From contig CP075494.1 in the NCBI GenBank assembly GCA_021613535.1, positions 12,214,001 to 12,278,000 on the forward strand: 64,000 nucleotides of DNA, read 5' to 3'. The stretch is from Adineta vaga. Lineage: Eukaryota; Animalia; Rotifera. Positions within the stretch are counted from its first letter, which is position 1; every line of letters starts with the position of its first letter. The position numbers and the translations under genes are program-made. Under the pieces are notes generated by a model. The model was not told where the DNA came from and searched no databases. It saw only the letters and a list, made by a program, of their open reading frames with translations. Below are positions 39,650 to 53,846 of this stretch, piece by piece.

Positions 39650-40057
39650 TAGTATCTAAAATATGAAAATCATATTCGTCGTTGATTATCTCTTAGACAG
39701 AATAATAGATCATTGATCAATAAAACGAAATTTGAAAGACACTCGTTCATTTTATTGGTTAAATCGAATTCTTTCGGTACTGCACGGATCTATATTTCAT
39801 GACTCATTAAACATCAGCTGTTTATCATAACAATGATCGTAAAATACCTACATTTATCTATTATTTCTTGAAGTTCGATGAACATCAAGATTAATATTAT
39901 CCTTTTGTATTCATCTTTCAATCCATTTACAGAAGAATGAACTTAACATATGAAAACTTTTATTTTCCATCTGTATCAGATGCACATGACACATAAAAAA
40001 TGAACAAGCGAAATAGGAAACAATAACATATCTGATAAAACAAATCTTTCACGTAAT

Positions 40058-40612
40058 TTAAAGGGTATCTGCATGCATTTGTAAAACATTCGATATATGC
40101 TCAATGCCAGCTGCATTTGGATGTAAACCATCTTTTGATACATGTATTGATAAATCAAAATTTAATTTTATAATCGAAAAACGTTTGGATGATATCTGTT
40201 TTTTATTCAATCGTTTCAATTTTCTATTATAACTTTGAATACGTTTACGTATGGATTTTCCGCCATTATCACCATATTTTCGATAGAAAATACTTGTTTT
40301 TGTACGTTCCGGTACAGTACATACAGCAATTGTTTGTAATGATGCATATTTTCGATGAATTAAATGAAGTAATTTTTCAAATTTGACAATGGTTGATTGA
40401 GATCGTTCACGTGCTAAATTATTTGTACCAATCATAATAACTAAATGTTTTTGATATGAAAATAATGTTTTAAAATGATCTTGTTTCATCAATACTATTA
40501 AACGATCAAGAGTACAGCCACCAATAGATTCGATATGAGTATCAACAGATTCACATGGTGTAGTGCTCGGTTTACGGACATGATGTAAAAGAGAATCACC
40601 GATAAGAAGCAT
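40058..40612 (-). CDS. SGNH/GDSL hydrolase (esterase) domain protein
   Basis: All four blocks present: LIGDSL, SIGG, MIGTNN, DGLHPN. Single coding exon; ATG directly follows an acceptor-like ttttag. Confidence 0.85.
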   Translation of the reverse strand: MLLIGDSLLHHVRKPSTTPCESVDTHIESIGGCTLDRLIVLMKQDHFKTLFSYQKHLVIMIGTNNLARERSQSTIVKFEKLLHLIHRKYASLQTIAVCTVPERTKTSIFYRKYGDNGGKSIRKRIQSYNRKLKRLNKKQISSKRFSIIKLNFDLSIHVSKDGLHPNAAGIEHISNVLQMHADTL

Positions 40613-41118
40613 CTAAAATAGAATTCTTTTTTAAAAACAATGAACCTTTCGTGCAACTCTCGACTGTCTCAGTATGTACAAAGACTGTGTTATACGAAAA
40701 TGAAGAACATAATGTTCGAACAAGTTTTATCGTATACATATGTGTATTATTTATTCGTTCTTTAATGCGAGTATAGTCTACGGTTTTTATTTATTTTCTT
40801 TTCGTCCATCAATCAGCCGATAGTTATCTCTGACGAAACTGATTCATTCTCTCTCAGTCAAAATCGAAATCTTTGTTTTAGAAAACAATCATTTTTCAAT
40901 AAATGTAGTAAAAAGAAACCAAATGAAAACGAAAACAAACTTTTATTAAGAAAATCTTTACTTAAAATCTGTGTAAGTAAAAACAATAAATAGTTTTAAA
41001 AGATTAGCATCATCAATAGCAAAAGGATTTGTGGAAGTTTTTGATTCTGATGTAGCTGAGATTGTTTGACGTGGAGGATAGAGAAAAAACACGATAGTAA
41101 AGAATAAATAAAAACAAG

Positions 41119-43791
41119 TTATCGATATTCATGGGGATGCCATGTCCATTTTTGTGATTGTTTATCATTATCACATTTAGCTAATTTTAATCTACTGCCA
41201 TCTGTTTCCATACATAATTGTTCTTTATTCGTTTGAATTTGTTGTGTTGACTAAATAATGAACGATTTTCTTTTAGTCTATTTCTAACTTTTCGTTTTAC
41301 TTACGTTAATCCATTTCCATTCACCAATTGGATTCCATTTACCATTCTGATCCAAACAAAATTTTTTCTTAACAATATCATGATCTGAGATATAACAATG
41401 TTCACCAGTTGCAAGTTCACCTTCTTCATTCAAACGCCAAATAGCCTAGAACAAATGATTTTCAATTTATATCGAACAGACAAAGAAGCAATTATACACA
41501 AAACTAGAGATCTGACAAGAAGAAAAAAAGTTAACAAAAATGCTACATTAGTTCTACAAGAATAATTGCAATTGAAAGCATATCTTTTGGTTTTCAAGAA
41601 ATCAAAATACATTTTTGTTTACTTCTTTTCTCATTTGAAACGTATGTATATACAATTCAAAGTTATAATCAACACTAGACATAAACACTTCAAGATGAAA
41701 GAAAAGCAATTCAATTTATTCACCAATCCTGTCATATATGGATCGCGTATTCTATTTATCCATTTCTAGAATACCATAAAACGGACGTTTCTCATTACTT
41801 CTTACTAACAAATCATACCTGCCCATAGCAAGGACTAACACTAATTGGTTGACCAAAAGTAACACCGTTATCACTTAAACACACGGAATGTTGAACATTT
41901 TTACACTAAAAAAATAGAATTTTTGCTTTTCTCAATTTTGTCATGAGAGATTATCGTGTATTTTACCTCGCCCCAAACCACATTTCTCGATGGTGGTGGA
42001 AATTTTTCTAATACATCATACGCTACATTTTCCATAAACCATTTAAATGGTTTACATTGTAATTTTTCTCGAAGCTTTTTTCTCTCAGATATATCACCAA
42101 AATCTAACGAACGAATAGCTGGTTCACGTCGATAATAATATTCAACATAATCATCCATCCAAACATGAGCGACACGTAAATGATTTATAACTGTTTGGTG
42201 TACTTTTGAACCAGGTACATGGGAAAAATGACTACGTGGACCACGATAAGCATGTGCAACATGCGAACATGGTACCCATTCAACAACACCACCACATTGC
42301 CAAACTTTAAAAGAGAGTTCGTATCTAAATTTTAGATTAACATTTATCGATATGCAAATAACTAAACGTACTGTTCAGCACCCCATACGCGAATACCTGG
42401 ATCATAAGCACCTAATTCAAAAAACCATTGTCGATCAATAGCTAATAAACCACCAGCATGTGTAGGAGACCTGAATATAAACATAGCACACAAAACAAAA
42501 CATAGAAAATATGATCAAAACAATCTACCAGTAGGGTTCAGATGTATATTTTCGTTTGTATAATTCGCGTTCAGGTACTTGAGTTTCTTTATATAAAAAT
42601 CCCCATTCCCAAATACCACGAAAAGTAGATGAACCATAAATATTTGTATGTTCTAACGTTTTCCATTCGAGTCCATCAACAATTGGAGCAGCTAATGCTT
42701 TACGATTAAGTGCTATACGTGTTAACAATGGTGGCAACCAATTAGTAACCTAGAATAGAATAGATAATTCATATTGTTTTTTTTTGTTTCTAACTATTTC
42801 AAACTTACACATTCACAATGAGCATCTAAAATGACAATAACATCACCGATCGATTTTTGAGCACCAAGTGTTCGTGCTTCAATTAAACCAACACGTTTTC
42901 CAGTTCGATAGAGTTTTACCAGACCATTCCAACGTTTTATATATTTCTCTAATGGTTCTTTTAATGAAGCTAGAATTGATAACCGTTACTGAGTGCAATT
43001 GAGAATAATTTTCCTATGAATAACTTACCAACAGTACTACCATCATCGATCAGAACAACTTCTTTTAATAATTCTGGTGGTGATGTATTGATAACACTTT
43101 GAACAGTGCGCATTAATACACTCCATCCTTCATCATAGAAAACTAATATGACAGAAGCAGTTGGTAAATATTCATCACTTGGATAAATCCAATTTTTACA
43201 TCTAGAATGAATAACGAAAGGTGCATATTAGTGTTAGAAGAGCGTTGTGATATCTTACTCAGATGGTCTTGTATCTTTGATTCGTCTATCGAATGATATT
43301 TTGTCTGAAGCTACCATATTAAATCCAAATTCCTGAACTGTCTGTTTAGCTGCTTCTTCTTCTTCAGGTGTCAATTTTACAGGAACACCTATTTCAGAAA
43401 AAAAATTATATATATATATATATGTAGATAATTGTACATTCTACCTCCTTCTCCTGGACCGGTTCTTTGAGGTAAATCTTTTGGTTCATAATTTCCTAAT
43501 GAACCACTCATAATTGGTTGTAAACTCACATTTTCTAATTGATTTGGATATCTTCGAACTTTTTCTTTGATAATCGTCGTCGTCTTTAGAACCTAAATAA
43601 TCGCGAATATGTATTTAAAAAATTACATCTAGGGCATATTCTGAATTTACTTCTATGTGATCAGTAGCAATATTTTCAGAAAATGATTGTTCATCGACTG
43701 ATTCAAGTTTGAACATCAGGAATGGAATCATTAGAATGAGTAAAGCCAAAGCAATTACTAGACGAAGCGCTCGTCCTATTCTAATTCGCAT
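41119..43791 (-). CDS. GALNT7: Polypeptide N-acetylgalactosaminyltransferase, GALNT7/Pgant7-like
   Basis: Type II anchor MRIRIGR...; [21 protein letters not shown] (DxH), [43 protein letters not shown]; C-terminal ricin-B lectin ending QKWTW. Confidence 0.88.
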
Positions 43792-44185
43792 CTTGATTAT
43801 GTTCAAACCCCACCGGCTTCTAAATCAATTTCGTTTCGTCTACGTTGTTATAACTCATTCATTCATTTATTTATGTTTCGTCGTTTTTATTGATGCAACA
43901 ACATGCACAAATAGCTTTTTATGTTCAGGTCATTGTTAACAAGATGGCGCTAGACGGTGACATTCGAATTCTATTTTTTTCTATAAAAAACTTTATTTTT
44001 ATGTTTCCAATCATGAGTGAAAATGTCTCACCTTCATCGTCATGTCATAGTGTATTTGAAAGATATGTACAACTAATGAACCGTGATTTATTTCTCTTAT
44101 ATAGAATATAAATAACAAAACGAAAAAAGAAAGGATCATTTATCAAATGTGATTATATGTATAAAGAAAAAATATTTTCATAAAA

Positions 44186-44897
44186 TCAATCACTACGATC
44201 GAATATATTTGAAAAAGAAAGTTGATCGACTGTATATAAACGACGTTGTTGATCCGAATGATAATTCATGTTTGGACTGGATGTTTTGTATACAGTTGTA
44301 CGATTCGGTGTACTAATAATAATAATAAATAAAAAAGAAAACTAGAATTCTATTTTATACTAATATAGCAAATAATTTTACCTCCATTTCATTGGTCCTA
44401 TGGAAATATATTCATCACGATTTGTTGTTTCATCGTTGGAAATCTGTTTGTACGAATAACAGGATGTTGTAGATGGAAAAACCAATTTTGATTCGAATTG
44501 ATTTACTGATTGGATCTTTCGAATCAATGCAACTTGCTATAAAACAAAACATTCTTATTTGAAAAATATCTGATATATTATGTGAGAATATTCAACTTAC
44601 GAGACACTCTGAACTTAAGCGTTTTGGTGTTTTTAAATTAATACTACGTCGACGTGTACGATGAAGAAGTGATATTGGTTTTGGTGATTGTAAATTAAGA
44701 AATGTTTTCAACGATGATCGACGTTCATGTGATAAAGTTTCAGTATTGGAATGATGATTTGATGAAGATGGATGACGACTTGTTTGAACTGATTGATCAC
44801 GTTTAGAATATCGTGATTGATTAATAAATCTATTAGTAAAGCGGCTAAAGATAGTTTTCTTCTTTTTTTCTGCTAATGATACTTTTCCAATGGTCAT
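44186..44897 (-). CDS. Uncharacterised basic Ser/Arg-rich protein, 3 exons
   Basis: MTIGKVSLAEKKKKTIFSRF...ECL|QVALIRKIQ...GPMKW|STPNRT...IFDRSD* joins in frame through GT-AG introns. No recognisable domain. Confidence 0.6.
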
Positions 44898-46215
44898 TTT
44901 AATTGCTTTAAGATAACTGAATGAGAAATGATAGAGAATATATATATATATATAGACAGAGAGAGAAAGAGAGGAAGGGGAAGAGAGAGAAGAAAGAAGA
45001 AGAAGAAGAAGCGAAAAAGAAAATCAAAGATAACCAATCGATAGAAATTGTGTTTTTTTTCTTCTGATTGCACGGAAAATACTTTCAAAGAAATAAATCT
45101 GAAAGATATTAATAGAACTCTCAAAATCTTCGCCTGCTCTCGGATAGTAACGATTTAATGGCGTTTATGATGTCTGATATAATTATAATAACTTATCTAT
45201 CGATCCGTTTCAGTTATGGGAGATCTATTGCATCATCAACTTTTGAAGCATAGGAAAAACAATAAATTGAATAAATCTTGAAGAACATATTCGTCATGCG
45301 ACTCATCAATCAGTTCAATTATTTAATTTCAATAGGCATACATTCCCACAACAGATTGTCTATTTTTTTCGAAAACTAGCTTCTTCGAACTCCTTCAATG
45401 CCCATTAACATGATTTTCAAAAGAATTATTTGATCTCCCTCTCTTATTCTTGTTCGCACCTTGTTAATAATTCATAAAATATATATCGAAAGATTATAAT
45501 AGATCAGTGGAATGCCGCTACACAGACAGAAAACATAAATTCTTATCAGAAACTGACATTCGACATTCTTTCTGTTTAATTGAATATGAAAACAATAAGT
45601 TAATCATCTATTTTTTCTCCATGTAAGAGACGGTGGGAATGTATGAGATAATCACAAAATAGTCACTGTGAATATATGCTTGCACACTAGGATACAAGTT
45701 ATGTCGAATTATGAATCCAAAAATCAATGATTACATCACCGAGATATCAATCGAGTTGTTTATCACTAACTTGTGTATGTAATTGTATTCTAACAGAAGA
45801 TATTTAACGTCGAAAGTGATGAGTACATGTGTATGAAGATTAAAGAAGAAGCAAAGCGTATTCAATTAGAAGTTCACGATTAAATGTGAAGTGAGTATTT
45901 TTATGTCTGAAGACAGGCAAAGCATGCCGTGTTATTTTAAAAAGATAGAAGATGGTATCCATGCTTTTCACGGTGAAAAGAGATGAGTACATAACATGAT
46001 ATATTTTCTTGCAAACTATCTTTCATTCTACAGTAAATCTTCTTTCGTCCGAATATATTCTTAGTTGAGAAGATTTATTAGTCATTCTCAGATATTTAGA
46101 ACACAAAAGAAATGATTAAAAATAGTTCTTTTTTACAACTATTTCAAGATCATCTAATTGATAATGATCAGAAATGTGTGCATCAAAAAATAAAAATCAG
46201 TCAATATTCGTTCGA

Positions 46216-48472
46216 TTATTTATTAGGTATTTCCCATTGAAAACCTAAATTTTTCTTCGTAGTATCGAATGATTTTTTGTCTTGACTACGTGATTTTCTT
46301 TCGCCATTACTATTTGAACTTTCCGTTTTCCGATAACCTTGACTCCATTCATCGAATCGTTTCATTTCATCCGCATAAACCTGAATTCATATTTTTAGTT
46401 TCGAAGAAATAAATGAAATCAAAATTTACTTTTTTCAAAGGATATGTATTACGTCCATTTTCGTCCATATATGAAATAACACGACCAGCATAATCTTGAA
46501 ATTGTTCTCGTTCAATTTCGTTCATTTGTTTTTCATTTTGAACTTCATCAACTTCACTAGTTTTCAATCCATGTTCACGCTCTTTTCTTTCTTGCTACAA
46601 AAAAAAACAGTTGCATAGGAATGATTTTCATTGACTGCCATATCATATTGATGATGATGATGATAACTTACCGCTTGTTTCAGATGAAGTTGTGCAAGAT
46701 CGTGAGCGTCTTGATTGCGTTTTTTGTCTTTTTCTTGTTGATATAAATGAAATAATTGATCAGCTTCCCCTTTTTTCTTATTCATTTCTGCTTCTGCACG
46801 ATCGTCCATTTCCTTTTCAACTTCCCGTCGTTTCATCTAAGATAATCGTAACAATATGTTTCGAAAATTCAAACTAATACAACGTACTGTTTCTAATCGA
46901 TGTTTATTGATTGATTGTTGCATTTTTTGTTGTCGATCGAATTTTTCTTGTTCTTCACGAAGTTCTTTTGCTTCTCGTTGAGCTTGAGCACGAAAGATTT
47001 GAGTATCATAATCGGCTTCTGCTCGTTTTTGTAATGTTCCTAAATAACCTGTCATATGATCACGTGCATCTTGTTTTTCTCTAAAATAAACGAAAATCAA
47101 AAACGAATGTATCAAACGAATTAAGTCGATGATTTACTGATGAGCTTGAATTTCTTTTTCACGTCGTATTCGAGCGATTTTTTTCTTTGCTTCAGCATAG
47201 GTACGAAGTTCTTCATCTTCTTCCTAGAAAAACGACAACAGGATTTATAAATAGAGAAAACAACTAGCTATTCATCTTCTTTTACTTCATCCATTTGCTG
47301 TTCTATTTGTTTGATCTTATGTTTATCTTCAAGTGCTTTATCATACATTTTTTTAACATCTTTTTGTGTTAATTTACGATAACGTTCTAATTCCATTTGT
47401 TCACGTGCATATTGTTCAGCTAGATTTTGATAAGCTCCACCTTCTTGGCGATCTTGTTGTTTTTCTAGAGCAGTTTGTGCTCTCTTTCGTTCGATTCTTT
47501 AAAGAACGATAATTCATAAAAGAATACAAAGAAGTATTTCTACTTACTGGTCTAGTTGATATTGAGTTATCTCAGCTCGTTCTCTAGATTGCAAAATAGG
47601 CTTTTTTCCAATGAAAATAAGTATAATCGAAAGACTTACTGTGCTTTTTTCTCACGTCTTTCTTGTTCCGCTTTATTAACATCGTTTTGAGATGCTTGAA
47701 AACGTTGACGTTCTTCTTCTGCATCTGTTTGACGCATTTGTTCAATACGTTTTTTCATATCAATTTGTAAATCACGTTCTTTCAAGACTTCAGTCAAAAG
47801 AAGAGCACTCTAAATGATATTAATACAATAGATGACAACAATTCGAGTAAATGTAAAATGTAAAATTTACATGAAACGTCTTTACACGATCAGTTTCATA
47901 ATATTTTAATTTTTTTGCTTTTTCAATTTGTTCTCGACGACGTTCAGCAGCTAATTTTTCTTCTTCTAAATCTAGTTGTTTTCTTCGTTCTTCTTCTTCC
48001 TGTTCTCGAATCTTCTTCAATTCAAGTTTACGTTCACGTGCACCCTATAACAAACAAAACAAAAAATTAATTCAATAGAAACTAATCCACATACAGCAAT
48101 TGTATTTGGCCAATGTTTCGTCATTTGAGCTGAACGTTCAGCCATTTCATTTTTTCGAGCAATTTCTTGTTCAATAGCATCTTTATCACGTTGACGACGT
48201 TCTAAATTATCGTAGATTCTATTTAAATCACTGCTAGTTATTATACACATTCGATTGAAATCAGCATGATCGGGTACACGACGTTGTTGAGTTACACCTA
48301 ATCGATCAATTGATGGATGAGTAGCTATTGGAAAAATAAGATATCAAAAATGAAAATAGAATTTATTGAAATGATGTTACAAACCGGAAACACTACGTTT
48401 TTCTTTTTGTGTTTTCAGGAATGCACCACCACTTGGTCTTATAGTCGGATCAGGTAGAGTTTTGATAACCAT
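46216..48472 (-). CDS. CFAP210: Cilia- and flagella-associated protein 210 (CCDC173; trichohyalin-plectin-homology domain)
   Basis: HWPNTI, YYETDRVKTFHSALLLTEVLKERDLQI, long E/R/K/Q coiled coil, FQDYA...NTYPLKK, terminal LGFQW. Confidence 0.8.
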
Positions 48473-50811
48473 TCTTCGAAATAAACGTAAGTTATAATAA
48501 TCTTCCTGAATATATCAAAACTTTGAAATCACCATTTTACTCATTTGATTTTGTTTGTTTCTTGGCAACTTGGTTTTATTTGTAGAATATTTTATTGCTT
48601 CAATATATATCACACATCTAGGGATTAGATTCTACATTAATTGAGAGATATGAAATTAATTACTAGAAATTCATCTTTTTAACATAATTATTATTAATTT
48701 AAATTTTATTACTAATGCCATCTGTATGGTACATATCTTTTACGAACAGATATAGATTAATGTTGGACACTAGCCACTAGCGTCATCTTTCTAACTATTC
48801 ATGTTTTTTTCATAATATACCTGTGAGTTTACACATAGATCTTTTGATTACAGAATCAAAATTACAATGCTATAATTCACATGTTACGATGATATTTTTC
48901 ATTCAATAAAGAAGATGGCATCTATTGTTATGAGACCGTTATCATTGGTTCAATATATTCATAATAAACAAATGTTTTTTTCTCTACTTTTCTCGACCTG
49001 TCGCTGTCGTCATCATCATTACAGTTCTCACACACTGTGCTATGCTACAATTCTTTTCTTTCACCATATTAAACAACTTTTCTTCTTTACAAACGAGCAT
49101 ATCATTGATAATTGTATTTAATAAGCACACCATCAAACTAAGACATTCGCGTCTGTTTTCTTCTGGCAAAGATAATCCTTAATGATGAAGAAATTAGATT
49201 CTAAATCCAAAAGTATAAGTTTTGTATTCTAATTGTTTTATTTCGAAAGAATTTCTCTTCCTAGGAATATTCTATAGGAGAATCTCTTTTTTTTCCTCAT
49301 CAAAGATAAAGTAAGTATTGATCTATAATGCAACAGATTCACACTCTAATATTCATTTTCGAATATTTTACTGAAGATAAAATATTTGAGAAGCACATTC
49401 CTACGTCTTTTATCTTTCTCATTCAGGTTATATGAATGTCGAATAGATTCTTTTTTAAATGGTGAACAACAATCATACTAAATTTGTATTCACTATGAAT
49501 CGTAACTCATCATTCTCCTGAGTAAAATGTGAACAGGAAATAGTTTTCGTCATAAAGCGTGATTAATAATCTTTATTCCATAAAGTAATACTTTATTCTC
49601 TAGATGACAAAAACTGTCATTTGTTAATTCTTTGAAGTGGGTGTCGATGTGATTTTATTGTAAAGTATAAACTTTATTTTTAGATACAGAGAAACACCTT
49701 GTCTGATATCGTTCGTCAAATCAATACCACGCAAAAATGATGAATCATTCATATGTGGCTAGAACTTCAACATGGTAAGTGATTCATTTTGTTATTGAAT
49801 AAAAATATTATGGACGCGATAAAAAGTAACTAATTCTCTCGATTGAATCATATGCAAAAAAAAGAATAGATTAGTCATACAGCAACGAGGAAATGAATAT
49901 TTAACTGATTTTTTTTTCTTCTAAATTCGATCGCTGCATATTGAATAGACAGAATAAAAGTATTGATGCATATCATTCATACCAACTAAAATATTCTATG
50001 GCGTAACGTTTTGTCTATGCTTCGCAGTAGTTTGTCACATTTGGTTGAATACGAAGCAGTTGCCTTTTTTCCTGTACAAATGATAAAAATCAATCATCGA
50101 TCATTAGTTTTCTTCTTCTAATCATTTGTTTTTTTCTTCTTTGTACTTTTATCATGTTATTTCCTTCTAGATTCGACTATTACTATCATAGATGTAAGAA
50201 AAGAAAACATGCTTTACCATCTGATACTTATATCTATTGAGAACAAACAACTCGTACTTATTCACTGTCATTATCGCCCTCATCTTTTCTCTTTTTTAAT
50301 GGAATAGAATGACGTCATTCTATTTAGTTTTTAAAATTGATATAAACTCTGTTCAATTAGATTCTTTTTATCAAAAAGAAAAGAAAAAAGCGAAGTTTAC
50401 AAATTTCTTCCTCAAAGTAAAGTCTGGTGTGTTCTTCTTTTCTTCTGTTATCTTATTTTCTTATTTTCTCTTCTACGATGCCCTAAAGATAATAAGAAAG
50501 TAGAGGTCAAAGTCTTCCGTATGTGCAAATATCGATGCTTCATATACAAATGAATCGAATAATTTGATTACAACTATGCCAAGAAGAAGCAGAAGAAGGA
50601 AAAGGAAGAGAACGACAACGACATGCATATAGTATTCATATTACTTTTTATTCGATATAAAACAGAATACCTATAGAAGTAAGCATATGTACATAAATTG
50701 ACAAAAAAAACTATTCGTCCTTGACACTTCTCATTCGTTACTGTTGTTTTCGATTATAATTTCTTTTTCTGTTTTCAGACAAACAAAACGAATTTGAAAT
50801 ATAAACTTCCA

Positions 50812-52271
50812 ATGTTCTCATCATATCGTCGTCATATAATTCATATCTGGTGTTTTTTTATATTTATTTTCATATTTGAAATTATTGCTGGTGGAATTGT
50901 TCTTCCATCAACTCAATCATTCTCTTCAAATCTTTTTATTGCAAATCCAATTGAATATTATGGTCTTTTTTCTACGATAATTATTTATTTTATTCGTCTA
51001 TTATCTTTATTACCATTACCATTAGTTATATGTCATACATGTGGTTTACTTTTTTATAATATCTTTCCTGAGCGACCTGAATTACAAAATTCACCATTAT
51101 TAAGTCCGAAAATTTGCATTCGTGTTGTTACACGTGGTGATTATCCGGATTTAGTACGAACAAATGTTAAAAGAAATCTTGAAACATGTGCAAAAGTTGG
51201 TTTAAATAATTTTCATTTGGAAATCGTTACGGATAAACCGATCAATGCGACGAATTTACCAATGGGTATGGTTCGACAAGTTGTTGTTCCTCATGATTAT
51301 CGAACAAAGACAGGTGCACTCTATAAATCTCGTGCATTACAATATGCTTTAGAACCAGATGTCAATCAATTATTACCCGATGATTATATTGTTCATTTAG
51401 ATGAAGAAACTTTATTAACAGAAAATTCCGTTCGTGGAATTTTAAATTTTGTTAATTCACATGAATACGATATTGGACAAGGTTTGATAACATATGCCAA
51501 TGAAACAATTGTTAATCATATAACAACATTAGCTGATAGTATACGTGTTGGAGTTGATCTTGGATGTTTACGATTTTGTTTGAAAAAATTACATCGACCA
51601 CCGTTTTTATTCAAAGGATCATTTGTTGTATGCCGAGCTGGATGTGAATTTGAAATTACATTCGATAATGGAAGAGCTGGATCAATCGCTGAAGATACAT
51701 ATTTTGCAATGTCGGCCATGGCAAAAAATAAGAAATTCGGATGGATTGAAGGTTTATTTGAATAAATACATGATTTTAAGATAAATAGATTTCTTTTTTT
51801 TTTATATCTGTAGGAGAAATGTGGGAGAAAAGTCCATTTACATTGACAGATTTTATCAAACAACGTAAACGATGGCTACAAGGAATTTTATTAGTTGTTC
51901 ATGATAAACATTTACCAATTCGTGTTCGTTTTGGATTAGGTATTGCACTTTATTCCTGGATCACATTACCATTAACATCAATGAATGTTATTCTTACTCC
52001 ACTTTGTCCAATTCCATTACATTGGACATTAAATTTTATAATAGGTTATATTGGCGCTGTTAATATATATTTATATATTATCGGTGCAGTTCGATCATTT
52101 TCATTAATTCGTTTAGGTTATGCACAATTTGCATTAAGAATAATTGGAACATTAGCAACAATTCCATTTGTCATTATTTGCGAAATAACTGCCGTTCTTT
52201 GGGGTTTATTTAGTGACAAAGGGAAGTTTTATATCGTTGATAAGCAATTAGGACCCATGGTTAATGTTTAA
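50812..52271 (+). CDS. egh: Beta-1,4-mannosyltransferase egghead/BRE-3 (GT2), 2 coding exons
   Basis: ICIRVVTRGDYPDLV, GALYKSRALQYALE, VHLDEET, GQGLITY, GSIAED, MWEKSPFT..DFIKQRKRWLQG, C-terminal TM helices and FYIVDK. Confidence 0.95.
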
Positions 52272-52717
52272 ATTCAAACAAATCCAAAATTTTCCTGTGC
52301 TTTTTGTTTTTTTTGTTTTTTTCTATATTCAAACACATCTATCATCGTTTGTTTTTCTCCGTTTTTGCTTCCGCCATCGAATGATAACTTTTGTAGTAGT
52401 GTGTTCTTACGTTAGAACCTCAACCTTATGTTTGTCAGATGATGCTTATTGTCGGTTTGTTTAGTAGAATTATATCTACATCTATATCTATATATATATA
52501 TATATATACATATATAATAAAAGAAACTCAAGCAAAATTTGTGTGTGCATGTGTATCTTAAAAGATACGAATATTCTATCGAAATAAAATATTAGTTCTT
52601 CCCTTTTTTTCAGATTTCTTTTTTGTTATTGTTCTGGCCGCGACTGGAGCTGGAGCTATAATAAAGGACGATCACTCATCATCGTCTGCTGCTGGTAGTA
52701 AATCAAAATCGAGTTCG

Positions 52718-53664
52718 ATGAGTTCATCAGAGGAAGGTAATATTACACTAATTGAATATTTAATGTAATATATACTTTGTTTGTAATTGAATAGTTTCGT
52801 GGATTTCATGGTTCTGTGGCCTTCGTGGCAATGAATTTTTTTGTGAAGTTGACGAAGATTATATACAAGATAAATTTAATTTAGTGAGTTCATTAAATGA
52901 ATGAAAAATAAAATGTTGACATTGTCTATTTTTTTGTCCACTAGACTGGTCTCAATGAACAAGTGCCACATTATCGTCAAGCACTTGATATGATTCTAGA
53001 TTTGGAACCTGATGATGATTTGGATAATCAAGATAATCCAAATCAATCCGATCTGATCGAACAAGCTGCTGAAATGCTTTATGGTAAATAAAAACATAGA
53101 TACATTTTCTTCCAAAATGTTTTTACATTAAATTATATTTCAATAGGTCTTATTCATGCTCGTTATATATTAACGAATAATGGCATTGCACAAATGCTTG
53201 AAAAATTTCAAAATGGTGATTTTGGTCTTTGTCCTCGTATCTATTGTGACAATCAACCAATGTTACCTGTAAAAATCTAGTTAATTTCTATTTCTTCTCC
53301 ATACAATTTTCTTTTTCTTTAGATTGGCTTATCGGAAGTTCCTGGCGAAGCAATGGTTAAACTTTATTGTCCTAAATGTATGGATGTCTATACACCAAAA
53401 AGTTCTCGACATCATCATACAGATGGTGCATACTTTAGTACAGGTTTTCCTCATATGTTATTTATGGTTCATCCAGAATATCGACCAAAACGACCAACGA
53501 ATCAATTTGTTGCTCGACTCTATGGCTTTAAAATTCATTCAATGGCATATCAATTACAATATCAGGCAGCTTCAAATTTCAAACAATCGAATTCTAATTC
53601 GATTATTCCAAGTAGTGCTGGTGGAACAACAGCAACAACAACACGACCAGTCATTAAAGATTAA
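52718..53664 (+). CDS. CSNK2B: Casein kinase II regulatory beta subunit, 5 exons
   Basis: [55 protein letters not shown]...KLYCPKC zinc finger, [17 protein letters not shown]. Confidence 0.98.
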
Positions 53665-53846
53665 GAAAACTTTTGAAAAAAGATTATTCCTATCTATCTG
53701 TTATTGTTGCTTGTCCTATGTATATGTCTTTCTTTAGAAACATCAACTAAATAAATACCTTGGAGACAGAGAAAGAAATTAAGAAAAAGATTATTGCATT
53801 GATTTCACTAATGATTTGAAGAGATAAATACTTGGATTCTTTCTAG

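Noticed and set aside
40058-40612. SGNH ORF as part of an active LINE element
   Set aside because: No endonuclease/RT ORF, poly(A) tail or TSD nearby; both neighbours are host genes.
53324-53737. 137-aa overlapping ORF
   Set aside because: Shifted frame of the last CK2beta exon, non-ATG start, no independent features.
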